Assembly (NCBI GenBank): GCA_010093705.1
Contig: MU006100.1
Location: forward strand, 62,001 to 126,000
Length of the DNA: 64,000 nt
Reading direction: 5' to 3'
Source: Patellaria atrata CBS 101060
Taxonomy: Eukaryota
Made by a program: the position numbers and the translations under genes. A model generated the notes under the pieces. It had not been told where the DNA came from and did not search any database. It saw nothing but the letters and a program-made list of their open reading frames with translations. Of this stretch, positions 52,630-64,000 are shown in pieces. Numbering within the stretch: position 1 is the stretch's first letter; each line of letters starts with the position of its first letter.

Positions 52630-55061
52630 ATGGACACTCTGCAACCTACACGAAATTTGAGCGAATTAGTTCTCGGTGATGTCAGTGTCGACGACGATGG
52701 CAAGATTGCTGTCGGCTCCATAGAGTACTTCCTGTTACCATGTAAAGAGGTCAGTGGAACTGTAGTCAAAAGAGTTGGCGCTTTTTTCTGTAGCTGTCTG
52801 CTGATTATTCTACCTCAGAACTTCCTCTCCTTCCTCGCCAGTGGTCCTACTCTTGCTCTTGTTTATCCCACAAAACCCGGTCAACCCATCTCAAAGACAG
52901 ATCTGAGCAGATTGCAGATTTCGAACTGAAGTCCTCGACAAAGATGACGTTTTTCAATCACAATTCTTTCGCAATGTCATCTTCTATAGTAGGGACGAGA
53001 ACAACTGCAAATTGGAGCACGATACCATTCAGGAACTTAAGACTTGGGGTACGAAAACATGGACTTTCCTTGGCTCCGAGATACATGTTCCTCCTGGACC
53101 CTATATAGCCGTTCGAGGTCGGACATGGCAGCCATGGAGAGTATACCTAGACTACAATGCTACATTCATGTGTACTTTCAAGCCTTCAAAGGACAACAGC
53201 GAAAGACAAGTTACTCTTACCCCATTCCTTATAGCAGTGGCTAACTATCTAGCACACTAGAGGTACTTGATAAAGCTCAAGTTGGCATCAATGGTAGAGT
53301 GATAGTGCCATCCCGCTGTTACTTCACGCCTTCCAGAAGTCGTCCACTTGACGGTGCCCGAATCAGCATTAAAGACAGTATTGATATTGCTGAGCATAAG
53401 AATTCTCTATGCAATCGATCCTGGGAAGATGTCTACCCACCTGCAAGTAAGCACGCAGCCTGTATACAGGCGCTTGTAGATGTAGGCGCTATTCTAGTTA
53501 GTAATACTAAACTGCAAGCTATGATTAGGCGGGAGGAGCCATCAGAAGCTGTTGAGTTTACAGCGCCTTTTAATCCTCGCGCTGATGGCTACCAAGTACC
53601 CTCCGGAAGTAGTCATGGACGTGCCGCAGGCATCGGATCATATGATTGGTTTTGATTGCTCTATGGGATCTGACAGTCAGTACCACCAAGACTGACAATT
53701 CAGGATCCACTGACGATATTTTAGCGAATGGAAGTGGCCGTAAGCCAGCACAGTACAACGAGTGTTTCTCTATTCGACCCACGAACGGAATCATTAGTGT
53801 CGAAGGGTTCGTGAGCCAGTTTCCGTGTGTAGTGCGCCAGAGGCTCGTTCTTATAGGATGCTGACCACGTTTGGTGCGCAGTGAGTTCGACGTCCCGGTC
53901 TTCTTTTCGAGAGACCTTACCCAGTTTCCCAACTTTATCACTACGTGATATGGGAAGTCTCCCTTACTCCGGAAGCCATCATATGTTGGTCTCAGCACTC
54001 CCAATCGTCTTAACACAAGGCTGATGTCAGAATAGGCGCCGGTAAAGATTTTGTATCCCTTGGATTTTCTTCCAACACCGAACGGAGCGCAGTCCCAGCT
54101 CATTGAGAAGTTTATCAAGGGTCTCGAGGAAGGCCTCGGCGTTAAGAGAATCGAGATCTCTTTTGCCAAATTGTGGGCAAATTGATCTTCCAGACGGACC
54201 CGAGAATGGCGACATCGTTGACTATCTCTATTTTGGATGCTGACTCTTCTATTATGATTTGTGGTGAATTTGTTTTCCGTCTCCTAAGTTTCGTATTGAT
54301 CTGTTCCAGGCTGGAGGCTATCTCTACTATTACTATTCTTACGCCAACACCGAAGAGTTCCGCACTCTGCATTACGAGAAGCACGGCGTTCCCGCATTTG
54401 TACTTTGATACACAGAATAGCAATGGCGAGTGACTCTGCTTCTGAACTTCTGCGGCCGATCTAACCTGTCATGCTAGGGGTATCTCAAAAAAAATCACGC
54501 GCGAGGAACGAGATTATTATTAGGCCCGTTCCGGGACCTATCGTCATTGGCTTTTGAATCGAGTGTTCGAGACTAGTAATGAGAATTGTACAACGATCAT
54601 GATCTTCTCCATCGAGATGGGTCTGCCAAATTATCGTGACTCTATTCCCGGGTAAGGCTATCTGGTCCTTTGAGATTATTGCCTAGGCGCTTCCGATTGA
54701 CCAACGTCATGGTCCTTTCGCTATACTTCTAGGTTTCAATAAACTGAACATGTCGCCCATGGTAAAAGCGCCAGAACTCACTGCACCACGTATGAACCAC
54801 TCAGCTGGACGGTTCTAGTTTATGCTAATATGCGAACAGTTGGTGCAACCCCCTACAACTCAAACGTAACAAAACGAGAGAAACCACTCCCGATCGCTGC
54901 GTCAATTTTAGGAGCACCAAGTATGACAAATCCAACCGAGAAAGAATCCTTAATTTAATATGTTAATAGGGACGGATTTGATTCTAGCAGATCTGGTAGA
55001 GAAGGGAATGAAGGCCGGGGGCTTCCTATTGAAGCTCAAGACGGGGCGTTTCCTACATTAA
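52630..55061 (+). pseudogene. Amidase-signature family pseudogene (multi-exon)
   Basis: VPSRCY, PLDGARISIKD, PFNPRADGYQVPSGSSHG, SGRKPA and C-terminal GTDLILADLV. Premature TGA/TAG codons (~53946, ~54034, ~54521) and frameshifts. Confidence 0.8.
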
Positions 55062-55950
55062 GCTATTCTTAGAAGCGCCCCAAAGCGTCAATATCGCTTG
55101 TTTGTCACAAGACATTCTACAATGGTAAAAGTTAATCGAGTATAAGTAAGGCAGTCCAGAAGAGGCACAGTGCAGGTGTTTTGCACGTATTCCTAAAATT
55201 CTCCTTCTTTGCCTAACAGTGCCGATACACGACGCTTAGTACCTGTCCATGCCTCGAATTTAATATCATATGCAAGCCACTAGCGCTTAATGAGCCAAAA
55301 TGTACTCTAAGTTATCGAGGCAGACACAGTAAAAGTGTGCCTCAGCCTTGTTGTATCTACTTCATCACAATAATTTATTGCTATGCTTTCTGTCTGTTTG
55401 CTCCCCTTGCGTAAGCTAAAAATATGACCTCCCCATCTCATTCAATCCGCTAAATAGAAATGCTTCGAATTGACTACGGAAGTCTTAAGGTAATTTGGAT
55501 TGTATGTTTAAGGGGTTCAAACTTAAAAGGGTATGATTGTCCACAATATACCCGTAGCTATCAAAGCCGTAGAACTTCTCTGAAGGTCTAACCTCTCCAT
55601 GAAGTGTCCAGGCATATCTAGCGAGTCTAAGCACAGAGGGACTACCATTCAATTGCTCGTCTGAGTAGGTTGTGCAAGGTCCTAGTGACCATTCGAGCTT
55701 GTCGTGCATTTTCAATGAAGTACCTAAATGCCATCCGAAGATCAGAGTAGGTCCTGGTTCAAGTCTGAGGCTCTTTGAAGTAGCGTTTCGCACCCACCAA
55801 GCGGGTAGATAGGTTCAAAATGCGAAAAGCGGGTTCCGAATCCTGACATTCCACTGTTAGTCCTCACATCAACCTGACTTTCCAAGCTCATAACATCATC
55901 AATCCCACCAGACGTAAACATTCACTTGCAATAACGATCCTTTCCCACCC

Positions 55951-56471
55951 TCAAGCCCTCTTAACCCCCATTATGATCCTATCCAACTTTGACAACAGTT
56001 CTTGCTTCTCCACAATCACTCTCTGCCTCTCTGTCTCCGCAACCTCAATCTGCTCGTTCAACTCTTGTATCCGCGCCATTTGCTCTTTCTCGCTAGTTCC
56101 AATACCAGGTAAAACACTGATGATATGCTCGATCTGCTGTTCCTTAAGGATCAAATCCCGGGACAGCTCATGGAGCGCTTCTTGAAAGACGTCAGGTGGA
56201 TCTCGCGCGGGAGAAGTGGGACGGTTGGCCTCGGTGTTTTCGGTGGATTGGGTGGGTTGGGTAGTGGCTTGCGTTTCAGCTTCAGTGCTGTTTGGGTTCA
56301 TGTCGGGTTGGCCGGGGATGGAACCATAGGGGGCGTGGGTCTGGATGTACATTAGGGAGGCGTACATTTGAGTCGCGAGCTGTGGATACGTTAGGATACT
56401 ATATATAAAGAAGAGTGCGGGTGTCGTGCCTGGTCGAAGCATTCTTGAAGTTGAGTAAGGCGGTCTGCCAT
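55951..56471 (-). CDS. MED21: Mediator subunit 21 (Srb7) with a GC-AG intron at 56380-56429
   Basis: MADRLTQLQECFDQ|LATQMYASL...ELSRDLILKEQQIEHIISVLPGIGTSEKEQ. Confidence 0.92.
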
Positions 56472-56800
56472 GCTGGTTGTCGACTTAGCAGCTAATTGTA
56501 ACTATCACTTATAATCTACTGGTTGTATTGTATGTACTCGAATCAATTCTCTTGTAAGTGGTATAAAAGTCCCCGGGAGTTTTAATTGAAGCGCATCAAC
56601 TCACTGCCCTGACCTCAGAATGCGGAGCTCGTAGTTGGTCCGTGCTCAAGCATCGCGAAAACGGAAGAGGTCAGACGTGAAGCTCTACGAATTACACTAA
56701 CTTCCATTGTTGGTTATATCAACCTCTTCAGGTAGCGCTCTGAGCGTGTCATGGCTTATATTGGGAGGGCCTTCTTATACTTCAGATATATTGCTCTCAT

Positions 56801-57682
56801 ATGACTCTCATCCGGTCTCTCTGTAGTAGGAGAGCTCCTCCTTACTCACACCAAATTCGTTGCAAATCGTTTACCATCTCATCAAATTATTCACCTGACC
56901 CGGCTATCGCACATGGATCCGAAGAACATAATGACCTACCTTCCTTTTTAGCCTACGCAAAGCGCATTGGTCTTTCGGACACAAAGACCGTATACCGCGG
57001 CACTCATTATGAATATACCGTAGCGACTTCGCTCAAGCGGCTGGGATTTGCCTTGTCCCGTACAGGGCGGAGAGCGGACTTAGGAATCGATCTTCTAGGT
57101 CAATGGTCTCTTCAAGAGCTTCCAGTGCCCATGCGGGTGTTGCTACAATGCAAGGCGCAGAAAAAAGCTGTGGCGCCAGAGAACATACGCGAACTTGAGG
57201 GTGCCTTCATTGGTGCTCCACATAGATATCGCGGGGATGGTGTAATGGGACTGTTAGCAGCACCGAAAGAGGCAACGAAAGGTGTGAGAGATGCATTGGG
57301 GAGAAGTAGATATCCATTGGGGTTCCTGAAGATCAGCATAGATGGGACTATTGAACAGTTCCTTTGGAATCAGTCTGCTGCGAGTGCAGGTTTAGAAGGT
57401 TTGGGAGTTACAACCCGTTACGTTCAGGAGAATTCCACGGATGCCGCTGAGGCCGAAGAGATGCAGAAAGAGGTAGTGTTGGTATGGAACGGTCAGATTC
57501 TGTTCTCCGACAGAGTTTTAAGGCACGTTACCGTCCAGGAGTCCAGCCCTGAGAATGTGTCAACGGAAGAAGAATCCACATCTCAACAGAGTAGAAACAA
57601 GCAGAAAATTGTGGACCAAGAGCAAAGCGAGCTAACAGTCAAGAGAAAACGAGGAAGACCTAGGAAATCTATCAATTTATGA
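56801..57682 (+). CDS. RRG7: RRG7-like (DUF2034) mitochondrial restriction-endonuclease-fold protein
   Basis: TVYRGTHYEY, GRRADLGIDLLGQW, VLLQCKA and IRELEGAF. C-terminal KRKRGRPRK. Confidence 0.8.
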   Translation: MTLIRSLCSRRAPPYSHQIRCKSFTISSNYSPDPAIAHGSEEHNDLPSFLAYAKRIGLSDTKTVYRGTHYEYTVATSLKRLGFALSRTGRRADLGIDLLGQWSLQELPVPMRVLLQCKAQKKAVAPENIRELEGAFIGAPHRYRGDGVMGLLAAPKEATKGVRDALGRSRYPLGFLKISIDGTIEQFLWNQSAASAGLEGLGVTTRYVQENSTDAAEAEEMQKEVVLVWNGQILFSDRVLRHVTVQESSPENVSTEEESTSQQSRNKQKIVDQEQSELTVKRKRGRPRKSINL

Positions 57683-57874
57683 AAAGCAGATTGTATACGG
57701 TCTGCAACTGTATATAACCAGAAGATTGATGGACATGTCATCTTGGAATAATTCCTATGACTGGACAAGTGCGAAGTACAGATTGTGCACGATTTACCAT
57801 GAATTTTTTCGTACCTCTTTACTGGTAGCATCAAGAAGATTCTTACCGCCTGTAGACAGCTTCTTAACGGTACT

Positions 57875-57978
57875 GTACAGTACCTTAGATGTACAGTACC
57901 TTACATGTCCAGTACCTTACATGTCCAGTACCTTACATGTCCAGTACCTTACATGTCCAGTACCTTACATGTCCAGTA
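57875..57978. repeat. 16-bp minisatellite (GTCCAGTACCTTACAT), ~6.5 copies
   Basis: Head-to-tail copies read directly. The first two units carry substitutions. Confidence 0.95.
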
Positions 57979-58319
57979 TAACTACCGTACTAGTACAGGA
58001 CAGTGAAGTACATAAAAATATCGAGTGCCTTACCGACCTTGGACCATATCAAGCTTATATAATCAATAATCGTATATGCGGGGCTATAATTCATAGTTTT
58101 GCCTCCAAGAAAGCTCGCTTTTACATAAATGGCAAGGCACGCATGGTTAGTGCGGACATTCGTCTTTTCCTATCGTTGAAGCGAGAAATTCATCTGGAAT
58201 CGCCATCTCCCTCTATCCCTCCAACGTTATTCCCGGCGTCTGTAACCTACCGATTCCTGTGAATCCATGTCAGACGCACCACGGGGATTCTGCACGGTAG
58301 GACAAGATTGTGCACGAAC

Positions 58320-60691
58320 ATGACAAGCGCCGAGAGCGGGAATGTCGTCCCTGACCGCATGCTCACCAGTCCCTCGAACGGAGTGGAGCTCCCACAGCGG
58401 AAGAAGCAGAAGCGGAACAAGCCAACCCTGAGTTGTGAAGAGTGTGTAGAACGAAAAACTAAAGTAATAGAACTAGTTTCATACTCCAGGACACCTACTG
58501 ACTCGATACCAATCATGATGCTGACTTGTTAATAGTGCGATAGAATACGCCCAAAATGTGTCGCTTGTGTCAAAAGACAGTCAGACTGTCGATATTCAGA
58601 AGTCGCAAATCTCATAGCATCCGCGGAGTGAGTTTTGAAGATTCATATCAAAGTTTGATACTACCGCTGCAATTCGTTATTAAGCCTACACCACACTAAC
58701 TGTGGTGGAAGGATGATACGAGTTCGCAGCAGACGCGTTGTGCTGTAGAACAATAGGACTTGATTGTTAACCATGAAGCGCCAGAGCTAACGGTACACGA
58801 CGCGCCTCCAAAACAAAGAGACGTTCCACAATCGGCCCTACGTCTCCAGCGACAAGGCAAGCTCTATCTGTAGATACCGCAGCCGTAAGTTTGAAAATTT
58901 CTATCGAGATTTTGGACAAGCGTGAACTCTTCGGACGAAGACTATGAGGAAAAAAAAACAAAAAAAAAAAAAAAAAGCAAAAACAAAGCGAAACGGAAGA
59001 TGATGATGAAAATTACATTCAAACACCGATAATGCTAACATGAATCAAGTCACCAAATATAAAACAATCCTATCGGAGCACATCTGCCTCGTCAGCGGGT
59101 TCATCTCCCTTACTACTCTCCAACGTCGCCCATACGAAACATACACCTTCTCATGTCTTCGGTATCGGGAAAGAGCATCCTTTTGCAAACTATTGGACCT
59201 GTCAGGGCGGTCTACCAGAGGTCATTGGAGTCTTACCAAGTAAAGACCAAGCAGATATCTTAGTAACGAAGTATTTTGATTCTGTGGACCCCGTTTACCC
59301 AATGATCAACAAGCAAAGCTTCTATCGAGAATACGAGCACTTTTGGTCCTTACCTACGGAAGAAAAGTACACTGTAGATGCGGCATTACTAGCACTGCAT
59401 TATGTGGTATACGCGATGGGACTTCAATTCATGTCCACCCCATCACCTCCTGAAAGAGCACAGCTAGCAGAATTCTACGTGTCTGCAGCTAACCAGGCCC
59501 TGAGGATATTCGGTTATCTCAGTCGAACTTCCATTCGCTCGATCCAGACTATGGTCCTCATGTGCTATTTTCTCATGAACGACAATCACGCCTCGGATTC
59601 CTGGGCATTTGGCGGCGTGCTTGGTCGTCAAGCGTATGCAATGGGTCTTCATCGGGATCCTGATCTCATTGCTCCACACGCATCGTCCTGGGAAAAACAG
59701 CAAAGACGCAAGGTTTGGCAAGCGGTGCTGTTCCAGGATACTTTTCTTACTGTCTTGTTGAAATTACCCCCTAATGCCATATTCTCGGACGTAAGGGTAG
59801 AATCCCTCACCGATGAACCCCTGATAGACCCTCATTGTACAGCAAACTCATCTGACGGATCACCTGCACCGTCAAATCCAATGAGCATAAGCAGCATTGC
59901 TCCTTCTATTTTACCAAACGTTCACGAGCACTCTGACCATGACTACATACGGAGTATGTGGCGTCTAGCAAACCTAGTTCAGAAAACCGTCTGCGAGCCA
60001 CGATCTCTGAATCAACCCCTGACATGCTCACCTCGACAGAAAGTAGACGTGATCTCGTCATACAAGTCCCTACACGCTTCTTTCTCCAAGTCCCTCACTA
60101 CGTCCGATCGTTCTATTACTGAACGCTTAGCGATAAGCAGTCCGCGACGAGCGAGACAGAACCTTTTCTTTCGGAGTAATTATTGGCACTGTATGATGAT
60201 CCTGCAGGCCGATGAAAACGAGGCCGGAGGGGTTCAATGTGATATAAGGGAGGCGCTGGAAGCTGCCAGGATGGCAATTGGCGCTTTCTTCGAGTTGTGG
60301 GAATTTCTAAATACTGATGCGGGCGTGTGGTGGGTGTTTCAACATCGAGTGTTTGAGGAAGCGGTAAGTTCAATCTTCCAATATGCAAGAGAGACTAGAC
60401 ACAAAATACCCCACGGATAGTTACGTTACGTTTTTATATAACGCAATGTTTGGACCCTTACTGATTTACCGTCCATAGCTCATGGCAGCACGCCTCTTAG
60501 CTATACATAATACCAGGAATGGAATGATCAAACAGGAGCAGTACAATCGTTCGGACTCTCTGTTCATGTTCGCGAAGATGGACGTAAGTAGGACGTTGGA
60601 GATACTTGAGAATGTCGGGGCCGGTGCACCTGAGATGCAGAAGACTAGGACGGAAGTCTTGAGAGCGGCGCTGGAGGAGATTACTTGGTGA
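58320..60691 (+). CDS. Zn(II)2Cys6 transcription factor with fungal-specific TF domain (multi-exon)
   Basis: SCEECVERKTK|CDRIRPKCVACVKRQSDCRY, YFDSVDPVYPMI, AYAMGLHRDP and RRKVWQAV. The exon boundaries between 58630 and 59050 are uncertain. Confidence 0.88.
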
Positions 60692-62228
60692 CCTTTGGAT
60701 ACCTAGGAAGATTTTCGAAAATAAAATGAACATTCACGAAGCTAACGATACTTATTGTAGCCTATGCGTAGTCGTATGTGTTCTCTTAGAGTTATCCATA
60801 ACTCTTACCATCACTCTTAGACTCAATAATGGATAACAAAAAGTCTCTTCGTTCTCACCTCACCGTACCTTTCGATTCTGCTGTACACAGGAATTGGAAA
60901 TTTGCAAAGTTGTCCCTTCCGCCCCTTTGAGATATATACATCATCATGCTGTACAAACTTAATAAAATAGTTTCCTTGTAGATTCTTCACACTGTATTAT
61001 TCACGTTAGGTATAAACTTACAACCGCTTCGTGTCTTATTATTAGGAATGAGGGATGATCAAAGGGGGGAACCGAATTCCGGGATGCAAGTCCCAAGGGA
61101 TCGGCTCGGTTATTTAATTTATTGGTTTGGTACGTCACATAATCCATTTGTGACTTGGAACCAGGCCCCTCATGCCCTGTTAAGCGATGCCATGAAGTTT
61201 GAAAAGCCCCTTTTCATGCTAGTTCCCCTGAAATTGTTGAGCAACTTGAGCTGTGGTGATGATGTCAGCTGACGGGGCACCTTTAATGATGAGACGAGAA
61301 TGACACCCAGGTGCAAACCTGATTACATTTCCAACAGCGATCCGCGCAAATGTTCAATTTGTACACAACAATGGCTCTTTGGGGGGCAAAATGTTCATCG
61401 TGCCACTCACCGGCTGTGCAGATATGCGGAGTACCGCAACGAGCCCGAAGTACGTGGCACAACGGTACGAGTGAGAGTACAAAACGGTCCAAACCATGGC
61501 TGAGGGAAGAGCTGAGCCGCATCTGATGGGGAGACGGTGAGAGGGATCACCTCAGGAGCTGACGAAGATGTTGTGCACAAGCTTTCCGGCGTGGAAGGCT
61601 AAGCCTTGCTTCCCCACATAAATTTCATGCTTTTCCTCTTTAGGATGATTCTCTGCACAGCTCCAGGATCCGTCTGGCCAGTTTCACATCAAAGATGCTA
61701 AAATAGCATCTTCTACAACCAAAAACACAGCACGACTGACGACTCACATTGCCACCTCAGCAAATAATACAGTGCTCGCCCTTTTTATTTGTGTCTAGCT
61801 ACGGATCTTTCGGCCAATCATGGTTCAACGATGAATTTAATGGGAAGAGGGGTCACAATCTCACTGGTTTCGGGGCCGGCTGGGGCAGACTAACATGGCG
61901 ACGGTCCCCTGTGAGCGTGAAACGGGATAATGCAACTTGTACATGAATGCCCACGAACAGTAAGCCAATAATCGGTAATCGGTTGCCCGGTCAAGAATCG
62001 ACCATTACGTACCCGGCCCATCAATAATATAAAGAACCCTCTCTCTCAGCTTTGCACCTTCTCAATCATTCTCCATCAACAACAAAATACTACAAGCGTC
62101 AACACCAGACCTCTCGCTTCTATTTCCAGATTCCATACCCTCTTTCATCAAGGTAAGCTTTGTTGCTTCAGTAGAACCGTCAATACAATCATCTAACAGT
62201 TGTCGTCAGAACAACACATTCTCTCAAC

Positions 62229-62768
62229 ATGCGTACCTCAGCAGTCATCGCCTCCGGTTTCGCCGCTGCAGCTTATGCTCAAACTTTTCCAAACCCATCC
62301 GATTTTCTACCAACCGTAGCAATCTCGGACATCATTCCAGGCGATATCTCAACCGCTGTCACCGGCCTCCTCCCAACCGCTTTTCCCAGCGACGTCATCC
62401 CAAGCGATGTCAGCAACGTCTTGACAAACTTCCCAACTGCCGTTCCATCTGATGTCGCCACATTCATCTCTGGTGTCCAGTCAGACGCCAGCGATATTCT
62501 CGCCTCGGGTTCTGCGGCCCTCTCTGACGCTCTGGAATCCTTTTCTAATATCGCAACTAACTCCGAGGCCGCGAACTCCTTCATCGCATCTGTCAGCCGT
62601 GACATTGCTTCGCAATCCGCGGCCCTTGGTTCCGAAGTTAGCAGCCGCTTAAACACTGCTACGGAGTCTCTTGCCACGGAGACCCCTACCGATGCTGCCT
62701 CCCCCATGGCTATCCCAGCTATCGGAGGGATCTTGGGTGCCGTCCTCGCTGTTGTTGGTATGATGTAA
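62229..62768 (+). CDS. Ser/Thr/Ala-rich secreted, probably GPI-anchored cell-surface protein (5'-UTR intron ~62152-62209)
   Basis: Signal peptide MRTSAVIASGFAAAAYA, repeated PT(A/V)..SD.IP units and hydrophobic C-terminus. TATA-like AATATAAA at ~62026. Confidence 0.8.
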   Translation: MRTSAVIASGFAAAAYAQTFPNPSDFLPTVAISDIIPGDISTAVTGLLPTAFPSDVIPSDVSNVLTNFPTAVPSDVATFISGVQSDASDILASGSAALSDALESFSNIATNSEAANSFIASVSRDIASQSAALGSEVSSRLNTATESLATETPTDAASPMAIPAIGGILGAVLAVVGMM

Positions 62769-63060
62769 GCTATTAGCAGTATATGTTTGGAATTCGGTGG
62801 GAGTTACTCTTGAGGTTACTGTGTAATATCACACCTGGAATTGGAAGGCAGGTTGCATTGGGTCCGGAAAAATTGCATTTCACTCTTTGAGATGAGTGAT
62901 ATCTACTCAAAGGAAATAATATCCAATCCTTGATGCCAAAATCTATTGACGTACGCTTTGAATGCTCTATTCTACTTGAGTCTATCGTAACTGCTCTTCT
63001 ACCCTTGCTTTGATCTTCATGCTCTTCACGTTCTATGACCTTAACAGTTACTCATGACTT

Positions 63061-63985
63061 TCACGTAACGCTTTTAAAGAACTGTGGGAATATCTCTCGT
63101 AGTTCTTCTAAGTGCCGAATCTGATATTCTCCGACCTTTTCTGCTGGTTCTGGTTCCGTAGATTCTATCAGATGTACTGCATGCCATCCTAGAGCATGAG
63201 CTCCCTTCACATTCGTTCCGGAGTCGTCTATAGTATGATTAGCCTAACTTGGAATCACCTGATAACTAACCGTGTCGACTTGCCTACAAAGAAGCATTTC
63301 TCAGCATCAGTGACTCCCGCCTCCGCCATAGCTTTGTCATACATATCTTTGCTAGGCTTGCAAATAAATTTCTCCGCGCCATAGTCACAATAAGTCAATC
63401 CTTCGAATTGATCTTCTATCCCTAGAAGGCTCACTACTCGTTTTCCATGCGTGACATAAGCATTGGTCAAGAGCCATAAACGCACTTTGCTTCTATCAAC
63501 ATCTTGAAGCAGCTTTCGGAGTTCGGGGTTGGATTTAATGATGTCCTCCAAAGGGAGCGCATCATCTACTTTACGGTTATATTCGAGAGGATCTACTTTA
63601 TGATGCCGTACCAGTCCCTCTATCGCTAGGCCATACTCTTTGTAGTATTTCATATGTAGCGCATTGGCATCTTGTTGAGATAATGATAAATGCTCTTGGA
63701 AATATTTGTCTATTCGACAGACCCAGATTAGGCCTGTACCACTCTAAATCTACTATCATGGAACATACCGATGAGATCTGACATTAGATGTAACACCTTT
63801 GTGCCTGTAATGTCAGTCAGCTTCCCGATTCCATAAGATCGCCTATAGCGGATGCGTACTTTTTGGATAGAGCTACAATATAAGGTATCAGTAACCTCCA
63901 TTCCTACCACAGACTACGTGATACGTACACAATTGTCAATATCGAAGAAGAATACGGGCTTGGAGGGGCTATCAGGGTCGGTCAT
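63061..63985 (-). CDS. SDT1: HAD-family pyrimidine 5'-nucleotidase (SDT1/PHM8-like), multi-exon
   Basis: VFFFDIDNC|LYPKS, YYKEYGLAIEGL, LLTNAYVTHG, CKP and FV|DDS..NV. Stop TGA at 63061-63063. Confidence 0.88.
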
Positions 63986-64000
63986 GATGTCAGTTACAAA

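Noticed and set aside
39000..55500. Starship or other giant transposon
   Set aside because: No tyrosine-recombinase captain gene or boundary repeats could be identified in the window.
55485..55793. 102-aa minus-strand ORF downstream of MED21
   Set aside because: Non-ATG start and no motif. Likely UTR or intergenic sequence.
57875..57978. Possible CRISPR-like array
   Set aside because: Repeats are head-to-tail with no spacers, there are no cas genes, and the context is eukaryotic.
58950..58988. Poly-A run as a retroposon tail
   Set aside because: It lies within an apparent intron of the Zn2Cys6 gene, with no TSD or element body. Treated as a simple repeat.

Overview
Genomic DNA of a filamentous ascomycete (short GT-AG introns with CTAAC/CTGAC branch sites, fungal gene families, RIP-like stop codons in a transposon). 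About 0.5-39 kb and 56-64 kb are gene-dense and mostly conserved: AAA ATPase, PTEN/TEP1-like phosphatase, PPR protein, LSM4, tRNA-Tyr, CTK2-type cyclin, LAT1, SEC7, CSC1/OSCA channel, SDR, MED21, RRG7-like protein, Zn2Cys6 factor, GPI protein and SDT1. Within this are a decayed Fot1/pogo transposon with recognisable TIRs, a head-to-head Clr5-helical-repeat / HET-domain gene pair beside the tRNA, and a small stand-alone Sin3-type PAH-domain gene. About 39-55.5 kb is an accessory, largely pseudogenised island. It holds two intact intronless genes (a bacterial-type LmbE/PIG-L deacetylase and a UbiA-type putative terpene cyclase), relics of a sterol-dehydrogenase-like gene, an FAD monooxygenase, NLR pieces, a DUF3176 gene, an amidase and a small Cys-rich secreted protein, plus an LTR with a 5-bp TSD spanning an assembly gap. 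All calls come from reading and translating by eye, with no database searches. Exon boundaries are inferred.
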